This document shows, in pieces, positions 28,501-43,500 of a DNA stretch of 64,000 nucleotides. Under the pieces are notes generated by a model that saw only the letters and a program-made list of their open reading frames with translations, did not search any database and was not told the DNA's origin. Source of the stretch: Perna viridis (lineage: Eukaryota); assembly GCA_037379345.1 (NCBI GenBank), contig CM074521.1, forward strand, positions 26,002,704-26,066,703, given 5' to 3'. The stretch's first letter is position 1, and the number at the start of each line of letters is the position of its first letter. The translations under genes were made by a program, and so were the position numbers.

Positions 28501-31500
28501 GTTACTGATGTTGTTTGACTTATTGTTGTTTCTGATGTGGATTGACTTGTTGATCCTGTTGGTGGTGGTGGAGGTGTTGTCTGCCCAGTTGTAGAACCTA
28601 CAGAAGTATAAAGTAATTCTCTTGATTTTTTAGGATAATTCAAACTGCATGTGTAATTTCATATGCATTGCATTGCAGAATGGATGTGTGTCATGGTGAC
28701 TTCACTTGGGATCGCTCAGAAATATTAAGGAAGACAGCTTTGGAAGATGAATTTTTATACATCACTGAATGAGAAAAACACCCATTTTATGTTATTGGCA
28801 CAGCACACTCTAGGAAAACATAGTTTACTAATCACTTACATATAGTTTCATTCAACTTTATTTTTATTTTTGGTATGCATAAAAGAGTTGTAGAAATGTT
28901 ATTCACAAAAAATATAACTGTAGCATTTACAGATCCTCGTTATACATTTGCATTGTTACTTGAAAGTCTATGCCAACACCAAAACGGCATTAAACAAATT
29001 AAAATATTATTATAGTTGAGATTTTTTTTAGGTACGTCTTTATTCTTAGCAAATCAAATACTCTTACATTTGGATTAAAAAGATACTTCTTATAAAGATT
29101 ATAGTCTATTATAAATTGATTATCCACAACAGAAAATGTGACAACATCTATCGCATAATTTGATACACTTCCATGTTATTCACATTATTCTGTTTTTTTG
29201 AATATTTTTGCACTTAAAATTAAGGAAGCTTCAACTCTGTTGTGAGAAAACTTAATGCTATGTAAACATGCATACCTCTGAACATATGTAACAATATTCA
29301 TTAAGACAACCATGTAAAGACAACCATTTTTATCATTATTACACACATAAATTAAAATATATGCATACTAAAAGTTACCGTAATATCATAACAAGTCATT
29401 CCTAAAATTTCTATGAGACAGTAACAAATTCGAAACTTTAGATCAAGTTAAGCAACCTAAAATTTAATAAAAACAAAGTTTCAATTGAACATTCAAATTG
29501 AAAAAAGCAGTAGGCTAAAGTACCAGTAGATTGTGTTCCAATTGTAGTAGTTCCTGTAGGTGTTTGGCCAGTAGGTGGAACTGTGGTGCCAGACGTTGTC
29601 GTACTAACTGTTGAACCAGATGTAGTTCCTTGTGTAGTTGTTGGTGGTACAGTGGTACCTGATGTGGTCTGGCTAGCTGTAGTACCTGATGTAGTACCTT
29701 GTGTAGTTGATGGAGAAGCAGGGGTACCAGACGTTGTCTGGCTTACTGTTGAACCAGATGTAGTAATTGGTGTAGTTGATGGTGAAGCAGGGGTACCAGA
29801 TGTTGTCTGGCTAGCTGTTGTACCAGATGTAGTTACTTGTGTAGTTGTTGGTGGAACAGTAGTACCTGATGTTGTCTGGGTAGCTGTAGTCCCAGATGTA
29901 GTTCCTTGTGTAGTTGTTGGTGGAATAGTGGTACCTGATGTGGTCTGGCTAGCTGTTGTACCAGATGTAGTTCCTTGTGTAGTTGTTGGTGGAGCAGGGG
30001 TACCAGATGTTGTCTGGCTGGCTGTTGTACCAGATGTAGTACCTTGTGTGGTTAATGGAGCAGTTGTTACTGATGTTGTTTGACTTATTGTTGTTTCTGA
30101 TGTGGATTGACTTGTTGATCCTGTTGGTGGTGGTGGAGGTGTTGTCTGCCCAGTTGTAGAACCTACAGAAGTATAAAGTAATTCTCTTGATTTTTTAGGA
30201 TAATTCAAACTGCATGTGTAATTTCATATGCATTGCATTGCAGAATGGATGTGTGTCATGGTGTCTTCACTTGGGATCGCTCAGAAATATTAAGGAAGAC
30301 AGCTTTGGAAGATGAATTTTTATACATCACTGAATGAGAAAAACACCCATTTTATGTTATTGGCACAGCACACTCTAGGAAAACATGGTTTACTAATCAC
30401 TTACATATAGTTTCATTCAACTTTATTTTTATTTTTGGTATGCATAAAAGAGTTGTAGAAATGTTATTCACAAAAAATATAACTGTAGCATTTACAGATC
30501 CTTGTTATACATTTGCATTGTTACTTGAAAGTCTATGCCAACACCAAAATGGCATTAAACAAATTAAAATATTATTGTAGTTGAGATTTTTTTTAGGAAC
30601 GTCTTTATTCTTAGCAAATCAAATACTCTTACATTTGGATTAAAAAGACACTTCTTATAAAGATTATAGTCTATTATAAATTGATTATCCACAACAGAAA
30701 ATGTGACAACATCTATCGCATAATTTGCTACACTTCCATGTTATTCACATTATTCTGTGTTTTTGAATATTTTTGCACTTAAAATTAAGGAAGCATCAAC
30801 TCTGTTGTGAGAAACTTAATGCTATGTAAACATGCATACCTCTGAACATATGTAACAATATTCATTAAGACAACCATGTAAAGACAACCATTTTTATCAT
30901 TATTACACACATAAATTAAAATATATGCATACTAAAAGTTACCGTAATATCATAACAAGTCATTCCTAAAATTTCTATGAGACAGTAGCAAATTCGAAAC
31001 TTTAGATCAAGTTAAGCAACCTAAAATTTAATAAAAACAAAGTTTCAATTGAACATTCAAATTGAAAAAAGCAGTAGGCTAAAGTACCAGTAGATTGTGT
31101 TCCAATTGTAGTAGTTCCTGTAGGTGTTTGGCCAGTAGGTGGAACTGTGGTGCCAGACGTTGTCGTACTAACTGTTGAACCAGATGTAGTTCCTTGTGTA
31201 GTTGTTGGTGGTACAGTGGTACCTGATGTGGTCTGGCTAGCTGTAGTACCAGATGTAGTACCTTGTGTAGTTGATGGAGAAGCAGAGGTACCAGACGTTG
31301 TCTGGCTTACTGTTGAACCAGATGTAGTAATTGGTGTAGTTGATGGTGAAGCAGGGGTACCAGATGTTGTCTGGCTAGCTGTTGTACCAGATGTAGTTAC
31401 TTGTGTAGTTGTTGGTGGAACAGTGGTACCTGATGTTGTCTGGGTAGCTGTAGTCCCAGATGTAGTTCCTTGTGTAGTTGTTGGTGGAACAGTGGTACCT

Positions 31501-34500
31501 GATGTGGTCTGGCTAGCTGTTGTACCAGATGTAGTTCCTTGTGTAGTTGTTGGTGGAGCAGGGGTACCAGATGTTGTCTGGCTGGCTGTTGTACCAGATG
31601 TAGTACCTTGTGTGGTTAATGGAGCAGTTGTTACTGATGTTGTTTGACTTATTGTTGTTTCTGATGTGGATTGACTTGTTGATCCTGTTGGTGGTGGTGG
31701 AGGTGTTGTCTGCCCAGTTGTAGAACCTACAGAAGCATAAAGTAATTCTCTTGATTTTTTAGGATAATTCAAACTGCATGTGTAATTTCATATGCATTGC
31801 ATTGCAGAATGGATGTGTGTCATGGTGACTTCACTTGGGATCGCTCAGAAATATTAAGGAAGACAGCTTTGGAAGATGAATTTTTATACATCACTGAATG
31901 AGAAAAACACCCATTTTATGTTATTGGCACAGCACACTCTAGGAAAACATGGTTTACTAATCACTTACATATAGTTTCATTCAACTTTATTTTTATTTTT
32001 GGTATGCATAAAAGAGTTGTAGAAATGTTATTCACAAAAAATATAACTGTAGCATTTACAGATCCTTGTTATACATTTGCATTGTTACTTGAAAGTCTAT
32101 GCCAACACCAAAATGGCATTAAACAAATTAAAATATTATTGTAGTTGAGATTTTTTTTAGGAACGTCTTTATTCTTAGCAAATCAAATACTCTTACATTT
32201 GGATTAAAAAGATACTTCTTATAAAGATTATAGTCTATTATAAATTGATTATCCACAACAGAAAATGTGACAACATCTATCGCATAATTTGATACACTTC
32301 CATGTTATTCACATTATTCTGTTTTTTTGAATATTTTTGCACTTAAAATTAAGGAAGCTTCAACTCTGTTGTGAGAAAACTTAATGCTATGTAAACATGC
32401 ATACCTCTGAACATATGTAACAATATTCATTAAGACAACCATGTAAAGACAACCATTTTTATCATTATTACACACATAAATTAAAATATATGCATACTAA
32501 AAGTTACCGTAATATCATAACAAGTCATTCCTAAAATTTCTATGAGACAGTAGCAAATTCGAAACTTTAGATCAAGTTAAGCAACCTAAAATTTAATAAA
32601 AACAAAGTTTCAATTGAACATTCAAATTGAAAAAAGCAGTAGGCTAAAGTACCAGTAGATTGTGTTCCAATTGTAGTAGTTCCTGTAGGTGTTTGGCCAG
32701 TAGGTGGAACTGTGGTGCCAGACGTTGTCGTACTAACTGTTGAACCAGATGTAGTTCCTTGTGTAGTTGTTGGTGGTACAGTGGTACCTGATGTGGTCTG
32801 GCTAGCTGTAGTACCTGATGTAGTACCTTGTGTAGTTGATGGAGAAGCAGGGGTACCAGACGTTGTCTGGCTTACTGTTGAACCAGATGTAGTAATTGGT
32901 GTAGTTGATGGTGAAGCAGGGGTACCAGATGTTGTCTGGCTAGCTGTTGTACCAGATGTAGTTACTTGTGTAGTTGTTGGTGGAACAGTGGTACCTGATG
33001 TTGTCTGGGTAGCTGTAGTCCCAGATGTAGTTCCTTGTGTAGTTGTTGGTGGAACAGTGGTACCTGATGTGGTCTGGCTAGCTGTTGTACCAGATGTAGT
33101 TCCTTGTGTAGTTGTTGGTGGAGCAGGGGTACCAGATGTTGTCTGGCTGGCTGTTGTACCAGATGTAGTACCTTGTGTGGTTAATGGAGCAGTTGTTACT
33201 GATGTTGTTTGACTTATTGTTGTTTCTGATGTGGATTGACTTGTTGATCCTGTTGGTGGTGGTGGAGGTGTTGTCTGCCCAGTTGTAGAACCTACAGAAG
33301 TATAAAGTAATTCTCTTGATTTTTTAGGATAATTCAAACTGCATGTGTAATTTCATATGCATTGCATTGCAGAATGGATGTGTATCATGGTGACTTCACT
33401 TGGGATCACTCAAAAATATTAGGAAGACAGCTTCGGAATATGAATTTTTATACATCACTGAATGAGAAAAACACCCAATATATGTTATTGCCACATTACA
33501 ATCTAGGAAAACATAGTTTACTAATCACTTACATACAGTTTCATTCAACTTTATTTTTATTTTTGGTATGCATAAAAGAGTTGTAGAAATGTTATTCACA
33601 AAAAATATAACTGTAGCATTTACAGATCCTTCTTATACATTTGCATTGTTACTTGAAAGTCTATGCCAACACCAAAATGGCATTAAACAAATTAAAATAT
33701 TATTATAGTTGAGATTTTTTTTAGGTACGTCTTTATTCTTAGCAAATCAAATACTCTTACATTTGGATTAAAAAGATACTTCTTATAAAGATTATAGTCC
33801 ATTATAAATTGACTATCCACAACAGAAAATGTGACAACATCTATCGCATAATTTGATACACTTCCATGTTATTCACATTATTCTGTTTTTTTTTAATATT
33901 TTTGCACTTAAAATTAAGGAAGCTTCAACTCTGTTGTGAGAAAACTTAATGCTATGTAAACATGCATACCTCTGAACATATGTGACAATATTCATTAAGA
34001 CAACCATGTAAAGACAACCATTTTTATCATTATTACACACATAAATTAAAATATATGCATACTAAAAGTTACCGTAATATCATAACAAGTCATTCCTAAA
34101 ATTTCTATGAGACAGTAGCAAATTCGAAACTTTAGATCAAGTTAAGCAACCTAAAATTTAATAAAAACAAAGTTTCAATTGAACATTCAAATTGAAAAAG
34201 CAGTAGGCTAAAGTACCAGTAGATTGTGTTCCAATTGTAGTAGTTCCTGTAGGTGTTTGGCCAGTAGGTGGAACTGTGGTGCCAGACATTGTCGTACTAA
34301 CTGTTGAACCAGATGTAGTTCCTTGTGTAGTTGTTGGTGGAACAGTGGTACCTGATGTTGTCTGGCTAGCTGTAGTCCCAGATGTAGTTCCTTGTGTAGT
34401 TGTTGGTGGTACAGTGGTACCTGATGTGGTCTGGCTAGCTGTTGTACCAGATGTAGTACCTTGTGTAGTTGATGGAGAAGCAGGGGTACCAGACGTTGTC

Positions 34501-37500
34501 TGGCTTACTGTTGAACCAGATGTAGTTACTTGTGTAGTTGTTGGTGGTACAGTGGTACCTGATGTGGTCTGGCTAGCTGTAGTACCAGATGTAGTACCTT
34601 GTGTAGTTGATGGAGAAGCAGGGGTACCAGACGTTGTCTGGCTTACTGTTGAACCAGATGTAGTAATTGGTGTAGTTGATGGTGAAGCAGGGGTACCAGA
34701 TGTTGTCTGGCTAGCTGTTGTACCAGATGTAGTTACTTGTGTAGTTGTTGGTGGAACAGTGGTACCTGATGTTGTCTGGGTAGCTGTAGTCCCAGATGTA
34801 GTAACTTGTGTAGTTGTTGGTGGAACAGTGGTACCTGATGTTGTCTGGCTAGCTGTTGTACCAGATGTAGTTCCTTGTGTAGTTGTTGGTGGAATAGGGG
34901 TACCAGATGTTGTCTGGCTGGCTGTTGTACCAGATGTAGTACCTTGTGTGGTTAATGGAGCAGTTGTTACTGATGTTGTTTGACTTGTTGATCCTGTTGG
35001 TGGTGGTGGAGGTGTTGTCTGCCCAGTTGTAGAACCTACAGAAGTATAAAGTAATTCTCTTGATTTTTTAGGATAATTCAAACTGCATGTGTAATTTCAT
35101 ATGCATTGCATTGCAGAATGGATGTGTGTCATGGTGACTTCACTTGGGATCACTCAGAAATATTATGAAGACAGCTTTGGAATATGAATTTTTATACATC
35201 ACTGAATGAGAAAAACACCCAATATATGTTATTGCCAAATTACACTCTAGGAAAACATAGTTTACTAATCACTTACATATAGTTTCAACTTTATTTTTAT
35301 TTTTGGTATGCATAAAAGAGTTGTAGAAATGTTATTCACAAAAAATATAACTGTAGCATTTACAGATCCTTGTTATACATTTGCATTGTTACTTAAAAGT
35401 CTATGCCAACACCAAAATGGCATTAAACAAATTAAAATATTATTATAGTTGAGATTTTTTAGGTACGTCTTTATTCTTAGCAAATCAAATACTCTTACAT
35501 TTGGATTAAAAAGATACTTCTTATAAAGATTATATTCTATTATAAATTGACTATCCACAACAGAAAATGTGATATCGCATAATTTGATACACTTCCATGT
35601 TGTTCTGTTTTTTTAATATTTTTGCACTTAAAATTAAGGAAGCTTCCACTCTATTGTGAGAAAACTTGATGCTATTTATACATGCATAACTCTGAACATA
35701 TGTAACAATATTCATTAAGACAACCATGTAAAGACAACCATTTTTATCATTATTACACACATAAATTAAAATAAGTGCATACTAAAAGTTACTGGTAATA
35801 TAACAACTCATTCCTAAAATTTCTATGAGACAGTAGCAAATTCAAAACTTTAGATCAAGTTAAGCAACCTAAAATTTAATAAAAACAAAGTTTCAATTGA
35901 ACATTCAAATTGAAACAAAGCAGTAGGCTAAAGTACCAGTAGATTGTGTTCCAATTGTAGTAGTTCCTGTAGGTGTTTGGCCAGTAGGTGGAACTGTGGT
36001 GCCAGACGTTGTCGTACTAACTGTTGAACCAGATGTAGTACCTTGTGTAGTTACTGGTGGAACAGTGGTACCTGATGTGGTCTGGCTAGCTGTAGTACCA
36101 GATGTAGTACCTTGGGTAATTGACGGAGAAGCAGGGGTACCAGACGTTGTCTGGCTTACTGTTGAACCAGATGTAGTAATTGGTGTAGTTGATGGTGAAG
36201 CAGGGGTACCAGATGTTGTCTGGCTAGCTGTAGTCCCAGATGTAGTTACTTGTGTAGTTGCTGGTGGAACAGTGGTACCTGATGTTGTCTGGCTAGCTGT
36301 AGTCCCAGATGTAGTTCCTTGTGTAGTTGTTGGTGGAACAGTGGTACCTGATGTTGTCTGGCTAGCTGTAGTCCCAGATGTAGTTCCTTGTGTAGTTGTT
36401 GGTGGAACAGTGGTACCTGATGTGGTCTGGCCAGCTGTAGTACCAGATGTAGTACCTTGTGTAGTTGATGGAGAAGCAGGGGTACCAGATGTTGTCTGGC
36501 TTACTGTTGAACCAGATGTAGTAATTAGTGTAGTTGATGGTGAAGCAGGGGTACCAGATGTTGTCTGGCTAGCTGTTGTACCAGATGTAGTTACTTGTGT
36601 AGTTGTTGGTGGAACAGTGGTACCTGATGTTGTCTGGCTAGCTGTAGTACCAGATGTTGTACCTTCTGTAGTTGATGGAGAAGCAGGGGTACCTGATGTG
36701 GTCTGGCTAGCTGTAGTCCCAGATGTGGTTCCTTGTGTAGTTGTTGGTGGAACAGTAGTACCTGATGTCTGGCTGGCTGTTGTACCAGATGTAGTACCTT
36801 GCGTGGTCAATGGAGCAGTTGTTTCTGATGTTTGACTTATTGTTGTTTCTGATGTGGTTTGACTTGTTGATCCTGTTGGTGGTGGTGGAGGTGTTGTTTG
36901 CCTGGTTGTAGAACCTACATAGGTATAAAGGCATACTTTTCATTTCATTAAATTATTTAAACTGCAAAAGTTATTTAAAAAAAAATCAGCAAATAAATGT
37001 GCTTGATGGTGACTTTGATACGTCTTTCTCAGAATGATCAAATAGATCGACACCACTAGAACTCTGACGTATGTAAGAATGTCACGCCTGTTACACCAAA
37101 TAAGAAGCAAAACAAAAGACTACGTTCATGTGTTATCAAATAACCAATCGCTTCATTTACTATTGTCTACTACTACAACGGAATTGACAGTTGCTCATGT
37201 GTAAATTATAATTAGCTGTTTTCAATTTTCCAGTTATGTTTTAGCTCCAATTCCACTTTATTTCAAATACATATTGGGTTTATATGATATTATATCAATT
37301 CCATGCTCACATAAGAAAAACATGGAAATTTGATCACAGCATAAGGATTTGACTGTCAATTAATTACTTGATAAAGAAATTTGTACAGGGTACACACTTC
37401 CTTCTTAGACCTGTTATTAACTAAATTATGTATTGGTGGTCAATCTGTTCATGGAAATACTACTTTATGCTATACTTTTAACATAATATGTATCAAAAAG

Positions 37501-40500
37501 ACTATAATGAAAGTCATGAGGCAGATAAATTAATTAAAATGTACTTAATAATTACACCAACACACGTTAAACAACTTATAGTGAACATGCAATAATTACA
37601 TATTCAGGTATCTCTTTGACTTGATTGGTAGGTAATTCATGGTCATCTGATTTACATGTACAAGTATTCAATATCCTTATGTAAAGCTGAAATGTGTTTT
37701 CATACCATACCGAATGACACAAACACTTAACCCATGTTATTGCCAGAGCACATACTAGGAATATAAAATTTAATAAACTGTATATATATAGTTTCATTAA
37801 AAAATTCCTTTTTTTTCTTTACATATGCAACATTGGATGCAAAAATACCATTTTTTCACTTTAACTTTAACTTTTACTATATCATTTAAAGATCACATTG
37901 CTAACATAACAAGTATTGTTATATTGGGATTATTGTCAGTTCACATTGAAACGATATTAAAAGTGTCATATTTTCCAATGAATTAAAGTTGCCCAAAATA
38001 ACTTTAAAGCTGAAATCATGTTTACCATGAAAGTACACATATATCAACAACTTTGGTATACAATATTACATACTTAACATTTGTGTTACAACAATTCACA
38101 GTTCCAATCTTTTACTTGAGTTCAAAATCTTCTTATCTTATTTGACACACAAATTTTGTTTTATAATTCCAATTGAAAGCATTTTGGAAGTACATGCAAA
38201 CTGTATTACAATTATAGTAGTTCCTGTGGGTGTTTGGCCAGTTAGTGGAACTGTGGTGCCAGACGTTGTCGTACTAACCAGATGCAGTACCTTGTGTAGT
38301 TGTTGGTGGAACAGTAGTACCTGATGTGATCTGGCCAGCTGTAGTACCAGATGTAGTACCTTGTGTAGTTGATGGAGAAGCAGGGGTGCCAGATGTTGTC
38401 TGGCTTACTGTTGAACCAGATGTAGTAATTGGTGTAGTTGACGGAGAAGCAGGGGTACCAGATGTTGTCTGGCTAGCTGTAGTCCCAGATGTAGTTACTT
38501 GTGTAGTTGTTGGTGGAACAGTGGTACCTGATGTGGTCTGGCTAGCTGTAGTACCAGATGTAGTACCTTGTGTAGTTGATGGAGAAGCAGGGGTACCAGA
38601 CGTAGTCTGGCTAGCTGTTGTACCAGATGTAGTACCTTGTGTAGTTGCAGTGGTACTAGATGTCATCTGACTTACTGTTGTATCTGATGGAGTGCCTTGT
38701 GTTGTTAGTGGAGCAGAGGTACCTGTTGTGGTCTGGCTCAACGTATACTAAAAGTAGTACTTCGTGTAGTTAAAGAAGCCGACATGTGGTCTGTTGTATG
38801 ACTTATTGTTGTAACAGATAAAGCACCTTGTGCAATTGTTGGGAGAAGCAGGATTTTATGTTGTTGTTCCCTGAGTGGTAGATAGCACCGACAGCACCTG
38901 GAGTAGTCTGACTCACCGTTATACTAGAAGTAATACCTTGTGTAGTTAAAAAAGGAGAAGTACCGGATGTTTATGGATAGACACTGTACTGGAAGTCACA
39001 CATTGTGAGGTTGGTGGAGTAATGGTTTCTGACGTGGTCTGACCTAATGTTGTTAGATCTGTAATACTTTGTGTAGTTTATGGAGCAGAGGAACCTGACA
39101 TTTCACTTTATGCAGTAGGTGGAGCAGTGGTGCCAGATGTTGTCTGACTTATTATTGTATCAGTTCTTGTACCTTCTGTGATTGTGGGAACAGAAGTACA
39201 AGACGTTGTACCTTGTGTAGTAGGTGGAGCAGTAGCTGGTGTGATCAGATCAGCAGTTGTTATAGATGTGGTACCTGCTGTTGTCTGGCTAGTTTGGTTG
39301 GTGTGGTTGGTGGTACAGTAGTACCTGATATTGCGTGACTTATTCCAGAACCGTAGTTGTAGAAGATGTTAACTGGCTAGTTGCAACAGATGTAGTCTGA
39401 CCTGTTGATCAAGTTGGTGGTGAAGGTAGTGCTGTTTATCCTGTTTTAGTACCTAGAAAGCTTATGATTTATTTCCTTTTAGATTAAGATACAATGCCGT
39501 TTACAAGTATCTTTATTCAATTATAACATAGCAAGAATTTGTAAAAAAAAATACTAAATTATATTAAATCCTTCCATACATAGTAATTTTTTCTTGTTTA
39601 TTAAAAAATTTAGCTTACCTGTAGAATGTGTTCCAATTGTGGTAGTTCCTGTAGGGGTTTGGCCAGTTCCAGGAGAAGTAGAAGTTGTTCCAGAAGTCAC
39701 ACCTTCAGTGGTTGACCAGTTCTCCATTGTAGTGGTTTCGACAGTGGTTGTTCCTTGTGTGGTTTGACTTACAGTTGTACCAGAAGTAGTAACTGGTGTG
39801 GTTGGTAAAGTGGTACCTGATGTTGTACCTTGTGTGGTAGGTGTAGTAGTACCTAATGTTGTTTGGCTTGCTGTTGTCTGTGTGGTTTCTGAGGGAGTAC
39901 TGACTGAGGATGGTGGGGCTGGTGGAGGAGGTGTTGTACTTAATGTTGTTCCTTCATTAAAGTTAATATAACTATTAAGTTGTTTGCAGGTAACATATTA
40001 GCGTGGAGAAAAGTGAAATAGTTTTAGGTAGATGTAAGGAGACAACTTGAATCAATATGATCATATATGATCAACATTTGAATTATGTTGACAATCAAGC
40101 ACAAATCTAAATAATGAAAACAATAAAACAGAAAAAGAAGACAATATTTATAACAAGACAATCTTTACCTACCTGTAGAACTGCTGTAAGTTGTAGATGA
40201 CACAGTTGATCCTGAAAAACAAAAATAAAATTAAATCATGCTTCTAACAAAATGGTTATATTGAATGTTGTAGATGATCCTAAAAAAAGCCAAAAACATC
40301 TAATTATAAAGTTTGCAAAAAAGGATAAAAACCAGAATACTTCTGTATTGGAATTCAATACTATACATTAATAACTTCTATTGTTTCTCCATTTTAACAG
40401 TAAAACTGAAAAATATAATCAAATAAAAAAAATCTTCATTCGGTAGAAAAAAATGTGCATAGTTTAAAAACATTACACAATAAGGTTTTAGGTAGCACTT

Positions 40501-43500
40501 ATACTGGAATATGGTTGTATCATTCTTACCAGGTGCATAACAGACTCTGAACTGAACATTTCCAACACTAGGTGGTGTCGACTGATTGATTTTTGGTTTT
40601 GCTGAAATCTTAAGTACATCTGCATCTTTCATGTTGAAATTGATTGTAACAGTTGGTGAAGTCTCTTTACCAGTAAATGTTTTCTGAAAAGTATATTTGT
40701 TTGAAACATAAAATATCACCCACAAAATTTGCATTTTCTTATAAAGCTCTTTCTACTACAAAATGCATTTGTAAACTCCCTTACTCATTTCTTTTAATTT
40801 TCTTTGTTTTTATCACTATGTGAAGATTATGATTTTAAAAATTAAACAGTAGACATGTTTAAAATATTTTCTTTTGAATACTGTTTAAACTGCATATTTG
40901 ATAAGTAGATATGTAATCAATTTTTTAAACAGACAAAAATCTGATTGTTAAATATCTAAAAATATATACATTAATATTTAAATAGTCAAAACTGCTAATA
41001 AAACAAATACTTCTTTGGCTGAGAGTTTGTATGGTTTATACGTGTGTTCTTTTATAAAGTTCTCATAGAAATTGTTATGAAGGGACTTTTGAAGATGTAC
41101 AGTTTAGAAAGATAAGAAATATTTCAGTGATGTAAGCCAACAAGATACATACTATTTCTTCTGTAACAACGTTACCAGTATCGTCAACAAGTGTAATTGT
41201 AAGCTCATCTATGCTGACTACATCTAACGTAATGTCTACAAATGTCACAGGATTGCCTTTACCATTGACTATATATTCAACAGAGCTACCATCTTCATTG
41301 GGTGTCCAAGTATTACCAGATCCCTTCAGGGTGTTTATAACATCCTCTCCTTCTTTGTTGTTGATACCTTCTACTTGAAGTTGAGTGTCATCTTTCTTTC
41401 CATAGTCAAATGTTACAGGATTCTCACAGATTTTAGCTGTAAAAAAACTGATTTTCAGTTTGTAGTTTTTATACACCTATATTCCAATGTTCAAATTATA
41501 AAGTTTTAGGAAGATACATACTTTCGTGATTTTAACAATATAATCATCCAGTTTAACTGATCAATTCCACTGTGCATGTACTCACTCTGTGGGTTTTCTC
41601 TTGAATTCTCTTTTTGGAGGTTATTTCTGTTTATATTTTCTTTTTTCTTTTTTTTATTTTTAATTACTTTCCAATTACTTATATTGTTCGAACAATGCAT
41701 TGATTTCTCCTGAAATTATTTCTTAATTAATGAGAATTATTTGGAATCCATTGCCGCAGCCTTACTTTCACAAAGTAATGATATGCACAACTTTTACTAA
41801 AAGTTATCTAAAAGTTATATTCAAATTGAGCTGGTGACCATGGTTATCCCATTATTCTAATTTTTCAGTGGTGAAAAGCTATAACACATGAGCATCAAAA
41901 TTTAAAAAAAAATAATAACACTGTAATCAAGTATTTGTTAATTTTTGTTTAAATCATCTGAAAACCAGAAGTGTGACAAACAAACAAATCAAAGGACATA
42001 TGGACCACACATACCCAACAAACATTAATAAAAGTTAAAAGTAAAATAAGATGAATTAATTGAAGAATTTACCTGTAGTAGTTGTTAATGGTTGTGTAGT
42101 TACAGATGTTATCATACTTGTTGTAGCTAGAATAAAAGATTATTATATTTATTTAATCAGCAAAAAGCACATCAAACTTTTGTAGAAGGATCTAAAAAAT
42201 ACTTTCATGTACACACTTCAAAATTTCTATAAATTCACTTTTTATCTTTTGAACGACCTCTTAAGTGATATTGTTAAATTAAACTATCAATAACATATGC
42301 CCATTTGAAGTTAAATCAAATATACCTGTTGTAACTGTCACAGTTGGTGTAGTTGTAGCAGCAGTAGACGTGGACAATACTGAAATAAGATTTCAACAAC
42401 TCAATATGTTACAACTTTTCTTTTATTGCCAATAACAGGCAATATTGACATAATATCATATTGAAAAGTGAAGTAGTACATAGAGAAAAAAGCATGGTAT
42501 TCTGTTTATCCCATGTTTTTAATAGTAACTGTTCTACACGATACTTGGTAGGCCTTGTTGATGTTATCTATATAATAAAATGGATAGTTGTGACAAATAT
42601 AAACATATCATAAAAACTTGAAACAGCCCTTATTTTGGATTGTCAATAAATTTTTGACAAGATTCAGACCTGAATGAAAGGGTTAAAATTTGCAGTTTGA
42701 TGTAAGGAAAAAGCAATTTCCACAAATTTAAAGCAGATGAGCTAAAAACTGCATGGCTAAGAAAAGTAAGAATAAACAAATCTGTTCTACAACAAACTTA
42801 CTTTCAGCACATCCAACTATTTCGAATCTGAGTTCAATAGGAACCATTTGTGAAATAGGGAAGATGGTGATACTTCTCAGCCTGATGTTCTTAAAAGCTT
42901 CAGGCATATCAACCATTACTTTACCGGTGTTATCAGTATTGCCTTCAAATACCTGGAAAATTTAAGGTGTCTTATTTATCACTACATATTCAACTCTAGA
43001 ATAAGTGGCCCTAATTACAACACTGATGATGCGAATAACATACTAGATAGGTAAATCAATCATACAAAAAAAGATAAAATTACTGTATGCATAGCTAATG
43101 AAAAATACCTGCTATGCACCACTATGTCATGTATGTATGCAAATACATCATAAATTTTATAGGATTCTTAAGTTTTGATATAACTAAATACTTATGTCCT
43201 AATCAAGATGCACAAATACATTACTAATTACAGAATAGATACCTAATTGTAGGTGCACTTAGGCACCAATAAGACTATAATAAAAAAAGTCACTAGATGA
43301 GCATATATAAAAGAATTTGTACACAACAGATGAATCATTCAAATATTTAAATGTATAAATTAGAATAACCTGTTTTTGGAAAAAATACACATCAAGAGTA
43401 ATCAAGGGAACCAAGGTTATAGCGGTAATCAAAAGAATGTAATCCAGGGACAAAGACCAAACACGGAAAACAGACACACACACAACAAAGAACACAAAGC

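Larger units (their letters stand above)
19589..36914. repeat. Exon+intron tandem array 2 (11 exons, 10 homologous ~0.9-kb introns; core period 1564/1565 bp)
   Basis: ORF-track positions 24744, 26309, 27873, 29438, 31002, 32567; introns near-identical. Confidence 0.95.

Noticed and set aside
24744-33337. 256-aa ORFs as separate tandem genes with hydrophobic tails
   Set aside because: Their N- and C-terminal extensions are intronic; AG and GT sites bound a 639-nt exon inside each.
20925-38670. Plus-strand Val-rich ORFs (VVPDVVWLAVVP...)
   Set aside because: Antisense mirror of Thr-rich ACN codons; splice signals are all on the minus strand.
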